Of a stretch of 32,000 bases of DNA, positions 15,930 through 25,323 are shown piece by piece (the stretch's first letter is position 1; each line of letters begins with the position of its first letter). The notes under the pieces are model-generated. The model made no database searches and was not told the origin of the DNA. It saw only the letters and a list, made by a program, of their open reading frames with translations. This stretch comes from Emticicia soli (lineage in GTDB: Bacteria > Bacteroidota > Bacteroidia > Cytophagales > Spirosomataceae), in the NCBI RefSeq assembly GCF_037860775.1, contig NZ_JBBEWC010000003.1, positions 178,969-210,968 on the forward strand, given 5' to 3'. Position numbers and translations under genes: made by a program.

Positions 15930-15961
15930 AAAAAAGCCTTCTGCACTAAGTGAAGAAGGCT
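15930..15961 (-). terminator. Attenuator terminator of the ilv leader
   Basis: The sense strand reads AGCCTTCT-TCACTTAGTGC-AGAAGGCT followed by TTTTTT. The 8-bp stem pairs plus 15935..15942 with 15954..15961, and an inner CAC/GUG extension is possible. It lies 45 nt upstream of the ilvD ATG. A 10-bp alternative pairing, GTGAAGAAGG (plus 15980..15989) with CCTTCTTCAC (plus 15950..15959), overlaps the 5' arm of the terminator and would act as an antiterminator. Confidence 0.75.
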
Positions 15962-15991
15962 CAGGTCATGGTCGTGCGTCCTTCTTCACGG

Positions 15992-16042
15992 CTAGTCTAG
16001 CAGGAGAATAATTGGGACGATAATGACGTTATTATGATTCAT
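15992..16042 (-). CDS. ilv operon leader peptide (16 aa, MNHNNVIIVPIILLLD)
   Basis: Hand translation: ATG AAT CAT AAT AAC GTC ATT ATC GTC CCA ATT ATT CTC CTG CTA GAC TAG. Nine of ten consecutive codons encode Val, Ile or Leu. The stop lies 2 nt upstream of the antiterminator arm. It is too short for the ORF track. Confidence 0.7.
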   Translation of the reverse strand: MNHNNVIIVPIILLLD

Positions 16043-16093
16043 AAATAAATTTCTCTAGTTGCGAATTTTCGCTATATGCGAATCATTTCTATA

Positions 16094-16125
16094 CAAATGT
16101 AAGAGAAACGCTTTTTTAAATCCAA
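16094..16125 (-). promoter_or_regulatory. Putative Bacteroidota-type promoter of the ilv operon
   Basis: The sense strand reads TTG (plus 16123..16125), 21 nt, then TACATTTG (plus 16094..16101). This matches the TTG / TAnnTTTG consensus and lies about 50 nt upstream of the leader ATG. Confidence 0.35.
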
Positions 16126-16203
16126 ACTTTTTGAAATAAAATTTTGAAATTAGTTATTTATTGTACTTTTCCTAGGCTGATTTGTGGCATTCCCAAGAAT
16201 TTA

Positions 16204-17103
16204 TTACTGCCCGGTAATCTCTTCATAAGTCGATTGCAGGCTTCGTTGAATGCCATCGCCTTGCATTTCGCTTACACCCGGAATAGCCGTTGTCTTCAGA
16301 ATTTCCTCTTTTGTTTTACCTGCTTTCACTTCGGCTTCTACAAAATTCCATAGTTTAGATAGGTAGTCCTGAAACACCCTTATGTCGTCTTTATTGCCTG
16401 TTATTTTCTCTGGGTCAAACGCATGACCGAATACAAAAAGCGTCTGATTATCGAAAGTAGCTAGTGCTTTGTCAAGCACCGAAACCCAGTTTTTTACAGA
16501 GGCACCTGCTGACCGGTCAACAAACGGATAGCGACGATTGAAGAGCAAGTCGCCCATGTGTACAATATTGGCATGTTCGAAATGAATCAGGCTATCGCCG
16601 TTGGTGTGGCCTGCGCCAAAGTAATGGGCTTTTATGCTTTCATTGCCCACTTTTTGCTTCCATGTATCTTTAAAAGTTACATCAGGATAAAGCTGTTTGT
16701 CTTCTGTTTTGCTTTTTTCGGCGCTTGCTTTCTGGTTTTTCAAAGAGTTTTCGTGAGCAACTACGTGTTCGGCAATGCCTTTAAATGAAATGTTACCGCC
16801 AGAATGGTCGCCATGATGATGGGTGTTGATTAAGAGTTGAATAGGTTTATCTGATAGCTTTTTCAGCTCACCAATCAGATGATTTGACTGTTCAGGGAAT
16901 TGAGAATCTACTACGGCCAAGCCTTTTGGGGTGATGAGATAAGCTATTGTACCGCCTCTTTCAGTAAAAACACCTACGCCACCACGTAAGTCTTTCATTT
17001 TGTAAGGGTTTTCGGCAAGCATAGCAGCTAACAATTCTTTACCCGATAGAGTAAAGGCACCAAGGGTTAAGCCCGAAGCCTGAATAAAATTTCTACGATT
17101 CAT
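16204..17103 (-). CDS. MBL-fold metallo-hydrolase with a twin-arginine (Tat) signal
   Basis: The N-terminus MNRRNFIQASGLTLGAFTL is a Tat motif. The zinc motif is THHHGDHSGG (HxHxDH), followed by GAGHTNGD, and GHA later. Confidence 0.8.
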   Translation of the reverse strand: MNRRNFIQASGLTLGAFTLSGKELLAAMLAENPYKMKDLRGGVGVFTERGGTIAYLITPKGLAVVDSQFPEQSNHLIGELKKLSDKPIQLLINTHHHGDHSGGNISFKGIAEHVVAHENSLKNQKASAEKSKTEDKQLYPDVTFKDTWKQKVGNESIKAHYFGAGHTNGDSLIHFEHANIVHMGDLLFNRRYPFVDRSAGASVKNWVSVLDKALATFDNQTLFVFGHAFDPEKITGNKDDIRVFQDYLSKLWNFVEAEVKAGKTKEEILKTTAIPGVSEMQGDGIQRSLQSTYEEITGQ

Positions 17104-17138
17104 GGTTTAAAAATTATGTTAAGTGTATAGAGGTATTG

Positions 17139-17951
17139 TTATTCGCTACTAATGGCCGCTTCTACCATGTGTTTTACCGAGACATCGTTCGATACCAGAA
17201 TTCTAATCAGGTGTTTTTCACGCAAGTTCATGGCTTTAATGATTTCTTTTGCCGATAAGCCTTCCTGATGCAGATTCCGTACGGTTCCGCCAAAATCTTC
17301 AAAATACTGCAATTTAGCCTGCATTTGTTGCTTGCCATCTTTCAGCCGTGGGTGGTGCCCACAGAAAAGTACGTCGAAATCGTACTGCAATATCTTTTTA
17401 AAAGATTCTACCTGTTGCCAGAATTTCTCTCCTTTTCTGAAAATTCTGATTTTAATGCCTACGAATAAATCGCCGGAAAAAAGCCAGCCTTTGTCTGGTT
17501 CTAAAAAGACGGTGTGGTCGTCGGAGTGCCCGGGTGTATGAATGGGCACAAGTTTATGGTGTGAGGTTTCAATAGTTGATGGGAAAATGTGTATGTGCTT
17601 TGTATAAGGTGTTATGTGGCCAAAAAGTACTCTTTCGTATGGGTATAACTCAAATCCTGCTTTTACTTTTTCCTGTGTAATGGGGTGAGCAAGTACTTCT
17701 GCCTGATGCTCGTATGCAAGTTTTGCTACATTGCCTGAGTGGTCTTCGTGGAAATGTGTTAGCAGAATCTTTTCGATGTTTTTGTGCTGAAAACTGGTGC
17801 TTACTTTCTCCTGGCAACGAGCCTGTGCAGTATCGATTAATACATTGTCTAAAACAAAACAGTACACATTAAACCAAGGTTTGCCGATAGGAGCATATCC
17901 AAACCGGAACAGCTCTACATCGGCAAACTTTTTGTATTTAAGATATTGCAT
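17139..17951 (-). CDS. MBL-fold metallo-hydrolase (cytoplasmic)
   Basis: The motifs are THFHEDHSGN (HxHxDH), TPGHSDDH and CGHH. No signal peptide is present. Confidence 0.75.
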   Translation of the reverse strand: MQYLKYKKFADVELFRFGYAPIGKPWFNVYCFVLDNVLIDTAQARCQEKVSTSFQHKNIEKILLTHFHEDHSGNVAKLAYEHQAEVLAHPITQEKVKAGFELYPYERVLFGHITPYTKHIHIFPSTIETSHHKLVPIHTPGHSDDHTVFLEPDKGWLFSGDLFVGIKIRIFRKGEKFWQQVESFKKILQYDFDVLFCGHHPRLKDGKQQMQAKLQYFEDFGGTVRNLHQEGLSAKEIIKAMNLREKHLIRILVSNDVSVKHMVEAAISSE

Positions 17952-17996
17952 TTTTCTAAGAAATAAGCCCTTACGTATATAGCAAAATGAGCCATA

Positions 17997-20900
17997 TTAC
18001 TTCACTATTTTATAAATTTCGTCGCCTATGGCTGTTCTGAGATTCAAAGTGCTAATCTTGGTATTGTCACGAGTCGGGTAAACTCTGTTCGACAAAAACA
18101 CGTAGGCAAAGTTGTATTTAGGGTCAACCCATACAAATGTACCGGTAAAGCCAGAGTGCCCGTAACTCTCGGGTGTAGCCAGCGTAGGGCCATTAGCAAC
18201 CTTAGGGTTGAAGTCTATTTTATCAAAAGCAATAGCTCTGCGGTTTTTCAGTTCAGGGAACTGATATTTGGTGCATTCTTCTACTACTTCGGGCTTAATA
18301 AACTGTGTGCCGCCGTAGCTTCCTTTTTGCAGGTACATCTGCATGAGCTTCATTAAATCGTTGGCATTACCAAATAAACCCGCATGACCCGAAACACCAT
18401 CAAGCATTCCTGCGCCTTCATCATGCACACGGCCATGTATCAGGGTTTTTCTGAATAGAGTATCTCTTTCACTAGGTACTATCTGTGATTTCGGATAAAA
18501 GCGCAGTGGATTATAAGTTAACGTAGTAGCACCTAATTGTTTATAGGTTTGTTTCAGGTAGTCTTCCCACGGCATACCTGTTATGCGAGGCATAAAAGTT
18601 GGGTAAGCATAATAATGCAAGTCGCTGTAAACATAGCCTTGTTCTGGTTTTACCGGAGAATCTTTGATTGCTTTAAAAATCGTCTCTCTGTAATCTTTAT
18701 GTAGCCATAGACTATCGGTTACTTGTACCGTGAAATCAGCCGATGGTTTGGTTGAAAGTGTGTTTTTCTTCCATACCAATGTGGCAGGCGAGAGGGTTTC
18801 TTTCCACAAAGTTTTATCTTCTTTAATGGCTTTCATGAGCATAGCGTTGTATTTCTTTTTGCTCATCAAAAACCTCTTTTTGTATTTCTGTGCGTATTTT
18901 GCATCAAATACCGGACTGTTTTTTACACTTTTTACTGAATCAATAGCATCCATCCAGAACGGAATCCAGGCTTTTAAGCCAGACTTATGCGTGAGCATAT
19001 CTCTGAATCGTAAATCAGCTTTGTTTGAATTATCAAATTCGGTGTAGTAATCTTTGAAAGTTTTATCTAAATCAAACTTATCAATACTCATCAACTGCAT
19101 TACTGCCAATAAAGAGGTACTCACTTTGGTTACAGATGCTAAATCATATAGGTCTGTCAGCTTAACTTTGCCGCTTGATACCTTGTTGCTTGGGGCTGTC
19201 AGAACAAGGTTCGAGCTATTGCTTTTTACCTTTTCGTCCATCACATCGTTTTTGCTATCAGCTTTTAGCACCAAGTCATTATATTCGTTTCTGCCTGCTT
19301 TGGCTGCTTCGTAAGTATGGTATCCAAAGGCTTTATGATAAATCACACGGCCATCTTTGGCTACTTCTAATACTGCTCCCGGATACGCTTTTTCTTTTAT
19401 GCCAAGATTTACTACTGAGTCCATTTTGGCATTGAATACTTCACTACTTAAACCAACCATTTCGGGCACGCCGTAAGCAAGGCGACCGATGGCTTTTGTC
19501 TGAATGCTCAACTCTAGTTTATAGCGTTCATTAACAGTTACGGGCAATTTACCAATAAACGGGATAGCTCCAAAAATGGCTTGGGCCGAAGCATCTTCCA
19601 TATAATTGGTTAGTTGATATGCCATTACTACGGCTTTTGCTTTATCTAAATCTTCAAATTTATCAAGCGTATAAGGGTTGCCAAATAGTGTAACTACTGC
19701 TTTGCCAGTATTAGCAAAGGCTTTTACCGCTTTTTTGTTGGCATCGGTTACGCCATATTTAGCTGCAGGGCGAATGTTGTTGAGGTGAACACCAACTACT
19801 ATCAAATCATGATTTTTGGTTTGCTCTAATACTCGGTTAATAGTAGAATCAGGTGCATTGGCCGGAATCAGAAAGTTATCAACACTTGTATAGTTGCTTG
19901 CCATTTTCTGGAAAACCGTTAGCTGGCTTGCATCTATTGAAACTACTGCAATTTTTTTGGTCAGGTCTTTTACAGGCAGAATACTCTCTTCGTTTTTTAC
20001 CAGAGTAACCGAAGCCTCAGCAAACTGGCGGTTCAATACATCAGAATTAACAGTGTTAAGGTCTTTAATCAGGTTTTCGATTTGAATTGGTTTGTAGCGG
20101 TGGAGACCTACCCACGATTTAGCCATCAGGATTCTCTTAACCCGAAAATCAATTTCTTCCATCGAAATTTCTTTGTTCTGGATAGCAGCCTTAATAGCAG
20201 CTATGGCTGCGGGTACATCTTCAAAAGTTTCCAGAATATCGTTGCCTGCCAGAATGGCTTTAACATTGGCTTGTCCGTTCGGGAAATACTTTACTGCGCC
20301 TTGCATATCCATAGCATCGGTAAATACCAAGCCTTTAAACTTTAAATCTTTGCGCAGTAAATCGGTTACAATATTCTTCGATAGGGTAGAGGCCAGGTTT
20401 TTGGTGGAGTCTAACGACGGGATGCTCAGGTGGGCGGTCATAACACCACTTAGCCCGCTATTTATTAGGGTTTGATATGGAAATAACTCAATATCGTTCA
20501 AACGTTTTTTATCATGCGCAATCAATGGTAAATCATAGTGTGAATCAACACCTGTATCACCATGCCCCGGAAAATGCTTAGCCGATGTAAGAATGCGTTC
20601 GCTATTCATGCCTTGCATATAAGCCAATGCTTTGGTGGCTACATCATATTTATTTTCGCCAAAAGAGCGGAAGTTAATAACAGGGTTGTTGGGGTTGTTG
20701 TTTACGTCTACCACAGGCGCATAGTTTATATGAACCCCCATTCTGCGGCATTGGCGGCCTATTTCGGCACCCATCTCGCGTATATCTGCCTCTTTGCCTC
20801 GCATTGCTCCGAGTGTCATCTGATAAGGAAAGCGCACTGTGCTATCTAGCCTCATGGCTAAGCCCCATTCTAAGTCCATACCTATCAGCATAGGTACTTT

Positions 20901-21200
20901 CGATAGCTTCTGTAACTCATTTACAATACGTGCCTGTGTGGTAGGTTGGCCTGCAAAAAATACCAAGCCGCCCAGTTTATAGTCTTGCACCCATTTTTTG
21001 AGCTTATCAAAATTATATCCTTGCCCAGAGGTATTACCACGGGGCATCAGCAACTGGCCGATTTTTTCTTCCAAGGTCAGCGTATTAAAAACAGAATCCA
21101 CCCAACGCTGGTTATAGTTAGTAAGGAAGTCGGGCGTTTTTTGTGCAAATGTGGATAAGGTGTTGATAAGTAGAAAAACGAGCAACAATACTTTTTTCAT
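17997..21200 (-). CDS. Secreted fusion of a GH3 (NagZ-like beta-N-acetylhexosaminidase) domain and a serine hydrolase / class C beta-lactamase-like domain
   Basis: The signal peptide is MKKVLLLVFLLINTLSTFAQ. GH3 motifs are KHFPGHGDT and FTDAMDM. The C-terminal half carries S-x-x-K (ASVTKV), YSD and HSG motifs. It is 1067 aa. Confidence 0.8.
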   Translation of the reverse strand: MKKVLLLVFLLINTLSTFAQKTPDFLTNYNQRWVDSVFNTLTLEEKIGQLLMPRGNTSGQGYNFDKLKKWVQDYKLGGLVFFAGQPTTQARIVNELQKLSKVPMLIGMDLEWGLAMRLDSTVRFPYQMTLGAMRGKEADIREMGAEIGRQCRRMGVHINYAPVVDVNNNPNNPVINFRSFGENKYDVATKALAYMQGMNSERILTSAKHFPGHGDTGVDSHYDLPLIAHDKKRLNDIELFPYQTLINSGLSGVMTAHLSIPSLDSTKNLASTLSKNIVTDLLRKDLKFKGLVFTDAMDMQGAVKYFPNGQANVKAILAGNDILETFEDVPAAIAAIKAAIQNKEISMEEIDFRVKRILMAKSWVGLHRYKPIQIENLIKDLNTVNSDVLNRQFAEASVTLVKNEESILPVKDLTKKIAVVSIDASQLTVFQKMASNYTSVDNFLIPANAPDSTINRVLEQTKNHDLIVVGVHLNNIRPAAKYGVTDANKKAVKAFANTGKAVVTLFGNPYTLDKFEDLDKAKAVVMAYQLTNYMEDASAQAIFGAIPFIGKLPVTVNERYKLELSIQTKAIGRLAYGVPEMVGLSSEVFNAKMDSVVNLGIKEKAYPGAVLEVAKDGRVIYHKAFGYHTYEAAKAGRNEYNDLVLKADSKNDVMDEKVKSNSSNLVLTAPSNKVSSGKVKLTDLYDLASVTKVSTSLLAVMQLMSIDKFDLDKTFKDYYTEFDNSNKADLRFRDMLTHKSGLKAWIPFWMDAIDSVKSVKNSPVFDAKYAQKYKKRFLMSKKKYNAMLMKAIKEDKTLWKETLSPATLVWKKNTLSTKPSADFTVQVTDSLWLHKDYRETIFKAIKDSPVKPEQGYVYSDLHYYAYPTFMPRITGMPWEDYLKQTYKQLGATTLTYNPLRFYPKSQIVPSERDTLFRKTLIHGRVHDEGAGMLDGVSGHAGLFGNANDLMKLMQMYLQKGSYGGTQFIKPEVVEECTKYQFPELKNRRAIAFDKIDFNPKVANGPTLATPESYGHSGFTGTFVWVDPKYNFAYVFLSNRVYPTRDNTKISTLNLRTAIGDEIYKIVK

Positions 21201-21540
21201 GAGTTTACATTTTTGTCAGAATATAAGTCAAAATAAATCAAAAAATGCCAATAATCCTTCAAGGTTTACTAAACGAGCCAATATTTAATGCGTTTGGGTT
21301 ATTTTCATGCCATAATGCCATGTTAATTGAATTGGCATCAGGTTTGAAGTATAAAAAAAGCGAATAAATTTTTTTATTATTCAAAACGTTTAGTACTTTC
21401 ACTCTGACAATCTGGCAGATACGTATATACTACAAATGGCCATTTTTAGATAATTTTAGAGGGTTAGTAAGCTTTTAAATAATAATCAGACTTTGCTGTA
21501 CAGAATTAATGATTTCTTCGTCTAAAAAGAAATCGCATAA

Positions 21541-24048
21541 ATGAACCTAAATTTGTGGTACATGAATCGTGAACTAATCTCTAGCCTAGTAATGGCACGC
21601 CAAGACGTAGAAAACGTTGAAATGATAGAAATCGCTTCACCCGATGAAGTGATGGAAAATGAAAATAATTTACCAACAGAATTATCGCTTCTTTCGCTAA
21701 GAAATACTGTTTTGTTTCCTGGTATTGTGATACCTGTTACGGTTACCAGGGCTAAATTTATTAAAATGGTTAAGAAAGCCTATCGCAACGATAAAACTAT
21801 CGGTGTTGTAGCGCAAATACGCCATACGCCTAACGAACCGGCTCCTGAAGATTTATATAAAGTAGGTACAATTGCTACTATCTTAAAAATGATAGTGTTG
21901 CCTGATGGAAACGTAACCGTGATTATTCAGGGGCGTCGCCGTTTTGAGGTAATAAATTATACACAAACCGAACCACATTTAAGTGCTACGGTAAAATATA
22001 TTCCCGATAATTTTCCGAGTGTTCGTAAGAAAGAAGTAAAAGCATTAATTCAGAGTCTGAAAGAAGCTGCGTATAAAATTCTGAGCCTTAATCCGGAAAT
22101 TCCGAAAGATGCACAAATGGCTATCAGTAATATTGATAGTCCGAGCTTTCTAACGCACTTCTTGTCTTCTAACCTCAACATCGAAATCAGCGAAAAGCAA
22201 TTGTTGCTCGAAACTTTCGATGGAAGCGAGCAAGCACATAAATTGCTTGAGCACATGATGAAGGAGATTCAGGTGTTGGAAATAAAACGTGATATACAAA
22301 GCAAAGCAAGCCTTGATATTGACCAGCAACAAAGAGAATACTACCTACGCCAGCAAATAAAGGTGTTGCAGGAAGAGCTAGGTTTGGAAACTCCTGACCA
22401 GGAAGTAGAAAAACTGCGAGCTAAAGGCGCAAAGAAAAAATGGAGCAAAGAAGCCAATGAGCATTTCAATAAAGAATTAAATAAAATTCTGCGGATGAAC
22501 TCAATGGCACCTGAATACGGAGTATCGTTGACTTATGCCGAAACCATGATAGAATTGCCCTGGAACGAATATTCGAAGGATAATTTTGACTTGAAACGAG
22601 CTAAGAAAATATTAGATGCCGACCACTCAGGCTTAGAAAAAGTAAAAGAGCGTATCATTGAGTATTTGGCCGTATTGAAACTGCGCAGCGATATGAAAGC
22701 GCCTATTCTTTGCCTTTATGGCCCTCCGGGGGTAGGTAAAACCTCATTGGGTAAATCGATAGCTAAATCGTTAGGCCGCAACTATGTGCGTATGGCACTG
22801 GGTGGCTTGCACGATGAGGCAGAAATACGTGGACACAGAAAAACCTATATAGGCGCTATGCCTGGTAAAGTGATACAAAACTTACAAAAGGCCAAAGCAT
22901 CGAACCCTGTATTTGTACTTGATGAAATTGATAAGGTTTCAAGAGATTTTCGTGGAGACCCATCTTCGGCTTTGCTTGAGGTGCTGGACCCAGAGCAAAA
23001 CTCATCTTTCAAAGATAATTACCTTGAAGTTGATTACGACCTTTCGAAAATCTTGTTTATTGCCACAGCCAACTCTTTAGATAGCATTCAGCCGCCTTTA
23101 AGAGACAGGATGGAGATTATTGAGATTTCGGGTTATACGGTTGAGGAGAAAATAGAAATTGCTAAAAAGCACTTGGTGCCAAAGCAATTAGAACAACACG
23201 GTATTAAAGTAAAAGACCTGAAAATTGATGATAAGGCTATTCAGAAAGTAATTGAAGGCTATACAAGAGAGTCGGGTGTGCGTCGTCTGGAGCAACAAGT
23301 AGGTACTTTGGTGCGTAAAATAGCGAAGGCTATTGCCATGCAGGAAGAGTACCCTAAGCTTATAAAAGCAGACCATGTAGAAAAACTTCTGGGTGGGCCG
23401 ATATTTGACCATGATTTGTATGAAGGCAATGAAACAGCAGGTGTAGTAACCGGCTTGGCCTGGACATCGGTAGGTGGAGATATTCTGTTTATTGAATCGA
23501 GCCTGAGCCGTGGCCGTGGACAATTGACTTTATCGGGGCAATTGGGTGATGTAATGAAAGAATCAGCAGTAACGGCACTTTCTTACCTTAAATCTCATGC
23601 CGAAGAAATAGGTATTGATTACCGTATTTTCCAGAATTACGATTTGCACGTGCACGTACCACAAGGTGCTGTGCCAAAAGATGGCCCATCGGCTGGTATT
23701 ACTATGGTAGTTTCTATGGCTTCTATCTTTACACAAAGAAGATTGAAACCCAATCTGGCTATGACCGGTGAGATTACACTCCGTGGAAAAGTATTGCCAG
23801 TAGGTGGAATAAAAGAGAAAATTCTAGCCGCTAAGCGAGCAGGCATCAAGGAGATTGTAATGTGTTACAAAAACCGTAAAGATGTAGAGGAAGTTGGTGC
23901 TACTTATACACAAGGGCTCACTTTTCACTATGTAGATTATGTACAAGAGGTGCTTGACGTAGCCTTATTGCCAGAGCAAGTAGATAAACCAATGAAGTTT
24001 ATATTGCCTGACGAAAAGAAAGAAGTGCAGCCGGCAGAAGTATTGTAA
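21541..24048 (+). CDS. lon: ATP-dependent Lon protease (LonA)
   Basis: It has an N-terminal LON domain (LPILSLRNTVLFPG-like LSLLSLRNTVLFPGIVIPV), Walker A GPPGVGKTS, Walker B VFVLDEIDK, and the protease serine motif PKDGPSAG. The exact start is uncertain (ATG at 21541, 21562 or 21592). Confidence 0.95.
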   Translation: MNLNLWYMNRELISSLVMARQDVENVEMIEIASPDEVMENENNLPTELSLLSLRNTVLFPGIVIPVTVTRAKFIKMVKKAYRNDKTIGVVAQIRHTPNEPAPEDLYKVGTIATILKMIVLPDGNVTVIIQGRRRFEVINYTQTEPHLSATVKYIPDNFPSVRKKEVKALIQSLKEAAYKILSLNPEIPKDAQMAISNIDSPSFLTHFLSSNLNIEISEKQLLLETFDGSEQAHKLLEHMMKEIQVLEIKRDIQSKASLDIDQQQREYYLRQQIKVLQEELGLETPDQEVEKLRAKGAKKKWSKEANEHFNKELNKILRMNSMAPEYGVSLTYAETMIELPWNEYSKDNFDLKRAKKILDADHSGLEKVKERIIEYLAVLKLRSDMKAPILCLYGPPGVGKTSLGKSIAKSLGRNYVRMALGGLHDEAEIRGHRKTYIGAMPGKVIQNLQKAKASNPVFVLDEIDKVSRDFRGDPSSALLEVLDPEQNSSFKDNYLEVDYDLSKILFIATANSLDSIQPPLRDRMEIIEISGYTVEEKIEIAKKHLVPKQLEQHGIKVKDLKIDDKAIQKVIEGYTRESGVRRLEQQVGTLVRKIAKAIAMQEEYPKLIKADHVEKLLGGPIFDHDLYEGNETAGVVTGLAWTSVGGDILFIESSLSRGRGQLTLSGQLGDVMKESAVTALSYLKSHAEEIGIDYRIFQNYDLHVHVPQGAVPKDGPSAGITMVVSMASIFTQRRLKPNLAMTGEITLRGKVLPVGGIKEKILAAKRAGIKEIVMCYKNRKDVEEVGATYTQGLTFHYVDYVQEVLDVALLPEQVDKPMKFILPDEKKEVQPAEVL

Positions 24049-24075
24049 CAAACCGTTTGAATAGATAATAGTATG

Positions 24076-24108
24076 ATAGCAGATGTGTTGAGCATCTGCT
24101 ATTTTTTT
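24076..24108. terminator. Bidirectional terminator between the convergent lon and alkA-like genes
   Basis: ATAGCAGATG (24076..24085) and CATCTGCTAT (24093..24102) form a perfect 10-bp stem followed by T7. The T-tract overlaps the stop codon of the minus-strand gene. Confidence 0.7.
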
Positions 24109-24985
24109 ATCCTAACAGCGAATGCCAGAAGTAAAAAGTGGCATAGCCACGCCAGCCAGCCCAAGGTTCTGCCATTTGGTGCAGCTCGGCAATAGTAGGT
24201 TTGCCTCCTAAGCTATACTGCGTTTTTACGGCATTGTGCAGGCCAACATCTTCTACCGGAAAGGCATCATAACTTTTCAGACTTTTCATCATCGAGTAAT
24301 TGGCCGTCCAATTGCCTACGCCTTTAATGGCTACTAATTGTTGTTTGATTTCGTCATAAGAAAGCAAAGCCAGTGCTTGCTGTGAGAGCGAGCCTTCTGC
24401 AAATGCATTTGAAATATTGATAATATATTGTGCTTTGGCCCGGCTGAACTGGTGCGGCTGAAAGTCTTCAATAGTCAGCTTTGCTAGTCTTTCAGGAGTA
24501 GGTAAGGCATAGAAAGTTTCGCCTTGAAATGTGATGCTTTTGCCAAATGTATGCACTAGCCTTTGTTTTAAAGCATAAGCAAAATTGAGGTTGATTTGTT
24601 GCCCGATAACCGACCATACCAACGACTCAAACAGATTGGGCATGCCAACCATTCTGAGACCATGATACTTCTGGCAAAGCTGGTGTAAAACAGGGTCTTG
24701 TTGGGCTATTGCATAAAAGGTTTTCAGGTCGGCGTTGAGGTCAAACCAATCTTCGATATAATTTCTGACTACTTCTTGAACAGCAGGCGACTGATTATCG
24801 GTATGAATAACTGCAATAAGCCCATTATCGAAACTGATCGAGAACAGAACCAATTCGTTTTCTATTTCTAAAACTTTATATATAATATCGTCTTTAATGC
24901 TATGTAGGCACTCTTTCTCGTTTCGAGATAAAAATTTCAATAACTCTTTGTAACTAAACTCCTCGGGTGTGGGAATGTGTATCAT
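24107..24985 (-). CDS. alkA: DNA-3-methyladenine glycosylase II family protein (AlkA-like, HhH-GPD)
   Basis: The helix-hairpin-helix is LVAIKGVGNWTANY with the downstream catalytic Asp region PVEDVGLHNA. It is 292 aa with an AlkA-like N-terminal domain. Confidence 0.8.
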   Translation of the reverse strand: MIHIPTPEEFSYKELLKFLSRNEKECLHSIKDDIIYKVLEIENELVLFSISFDNGLIAVIHTDNQSPAVQEVVRNYIEDWFDLNADLKTFYAIAQQDPVLHQLCQKYHGLRMVGMPNLFESLVWSVIGQQINLNFAYALKQRLVHTFGKSITFQGETFYALPTPERLAKLTIEDFQPHQFSRAKAQYIINISNAFAEGSLSQQALALLSYDEIKQQLVAIKGVGNWTANYSMMKSLKSYDAFPVEDVGLHNAVKTQYSLGGKPTIAELHQMAEPWAGWRGYATFYFWHSLLG

Positions 24986-25323
24986 CTTAAAATTGATAAA
25001 TGAAATACGGATAAATATACTTTAACGATACAAATATCTGATAAGTATTTATGCCAGATAAATGGTGCGCTTGCACGAGGCAAGAATACCTGAAAATAAT
25101 ATTTTGATAATATTAAAAATAATAAATAATATGCTATAACTTCGTGGTTTATAGTATGTTATGTACAACGCCATGATAAAATCCTGCCTCATTATACTGT
25201 GTTTTTGAATTACTAACCTATTAGCAGTAGATGATTCTTGCGTATAGTTATGACGGTTTGTTGCTGGAATTTTACGAGTGAATGTTTTAATTTTTAATTC
25301 ATTTATTTTAACAAACCAATACA

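Noticed and set aside
21245-21367. 40-codon ORF (MPIILQGLLNEPIFNAFGLFSCHNAMLIELASGLKYKKSE) in the divergent GH3/lon spacer
   Set aside because: It shows no regulatory-codon bias, no adjacent alternative hairpins and no recognisable promoter. An open frame of this length is expected by chance in a 340-bp AT-rich spacer.
21541-24048. Lon protease considered as part of a defence or accessory system
   Set aside because: It has the full-length LonA architecture (LON N-domain, AAA+ and S16 protease with all motifs), its own terminator, and no partner genes. It is a housekeeping protease.
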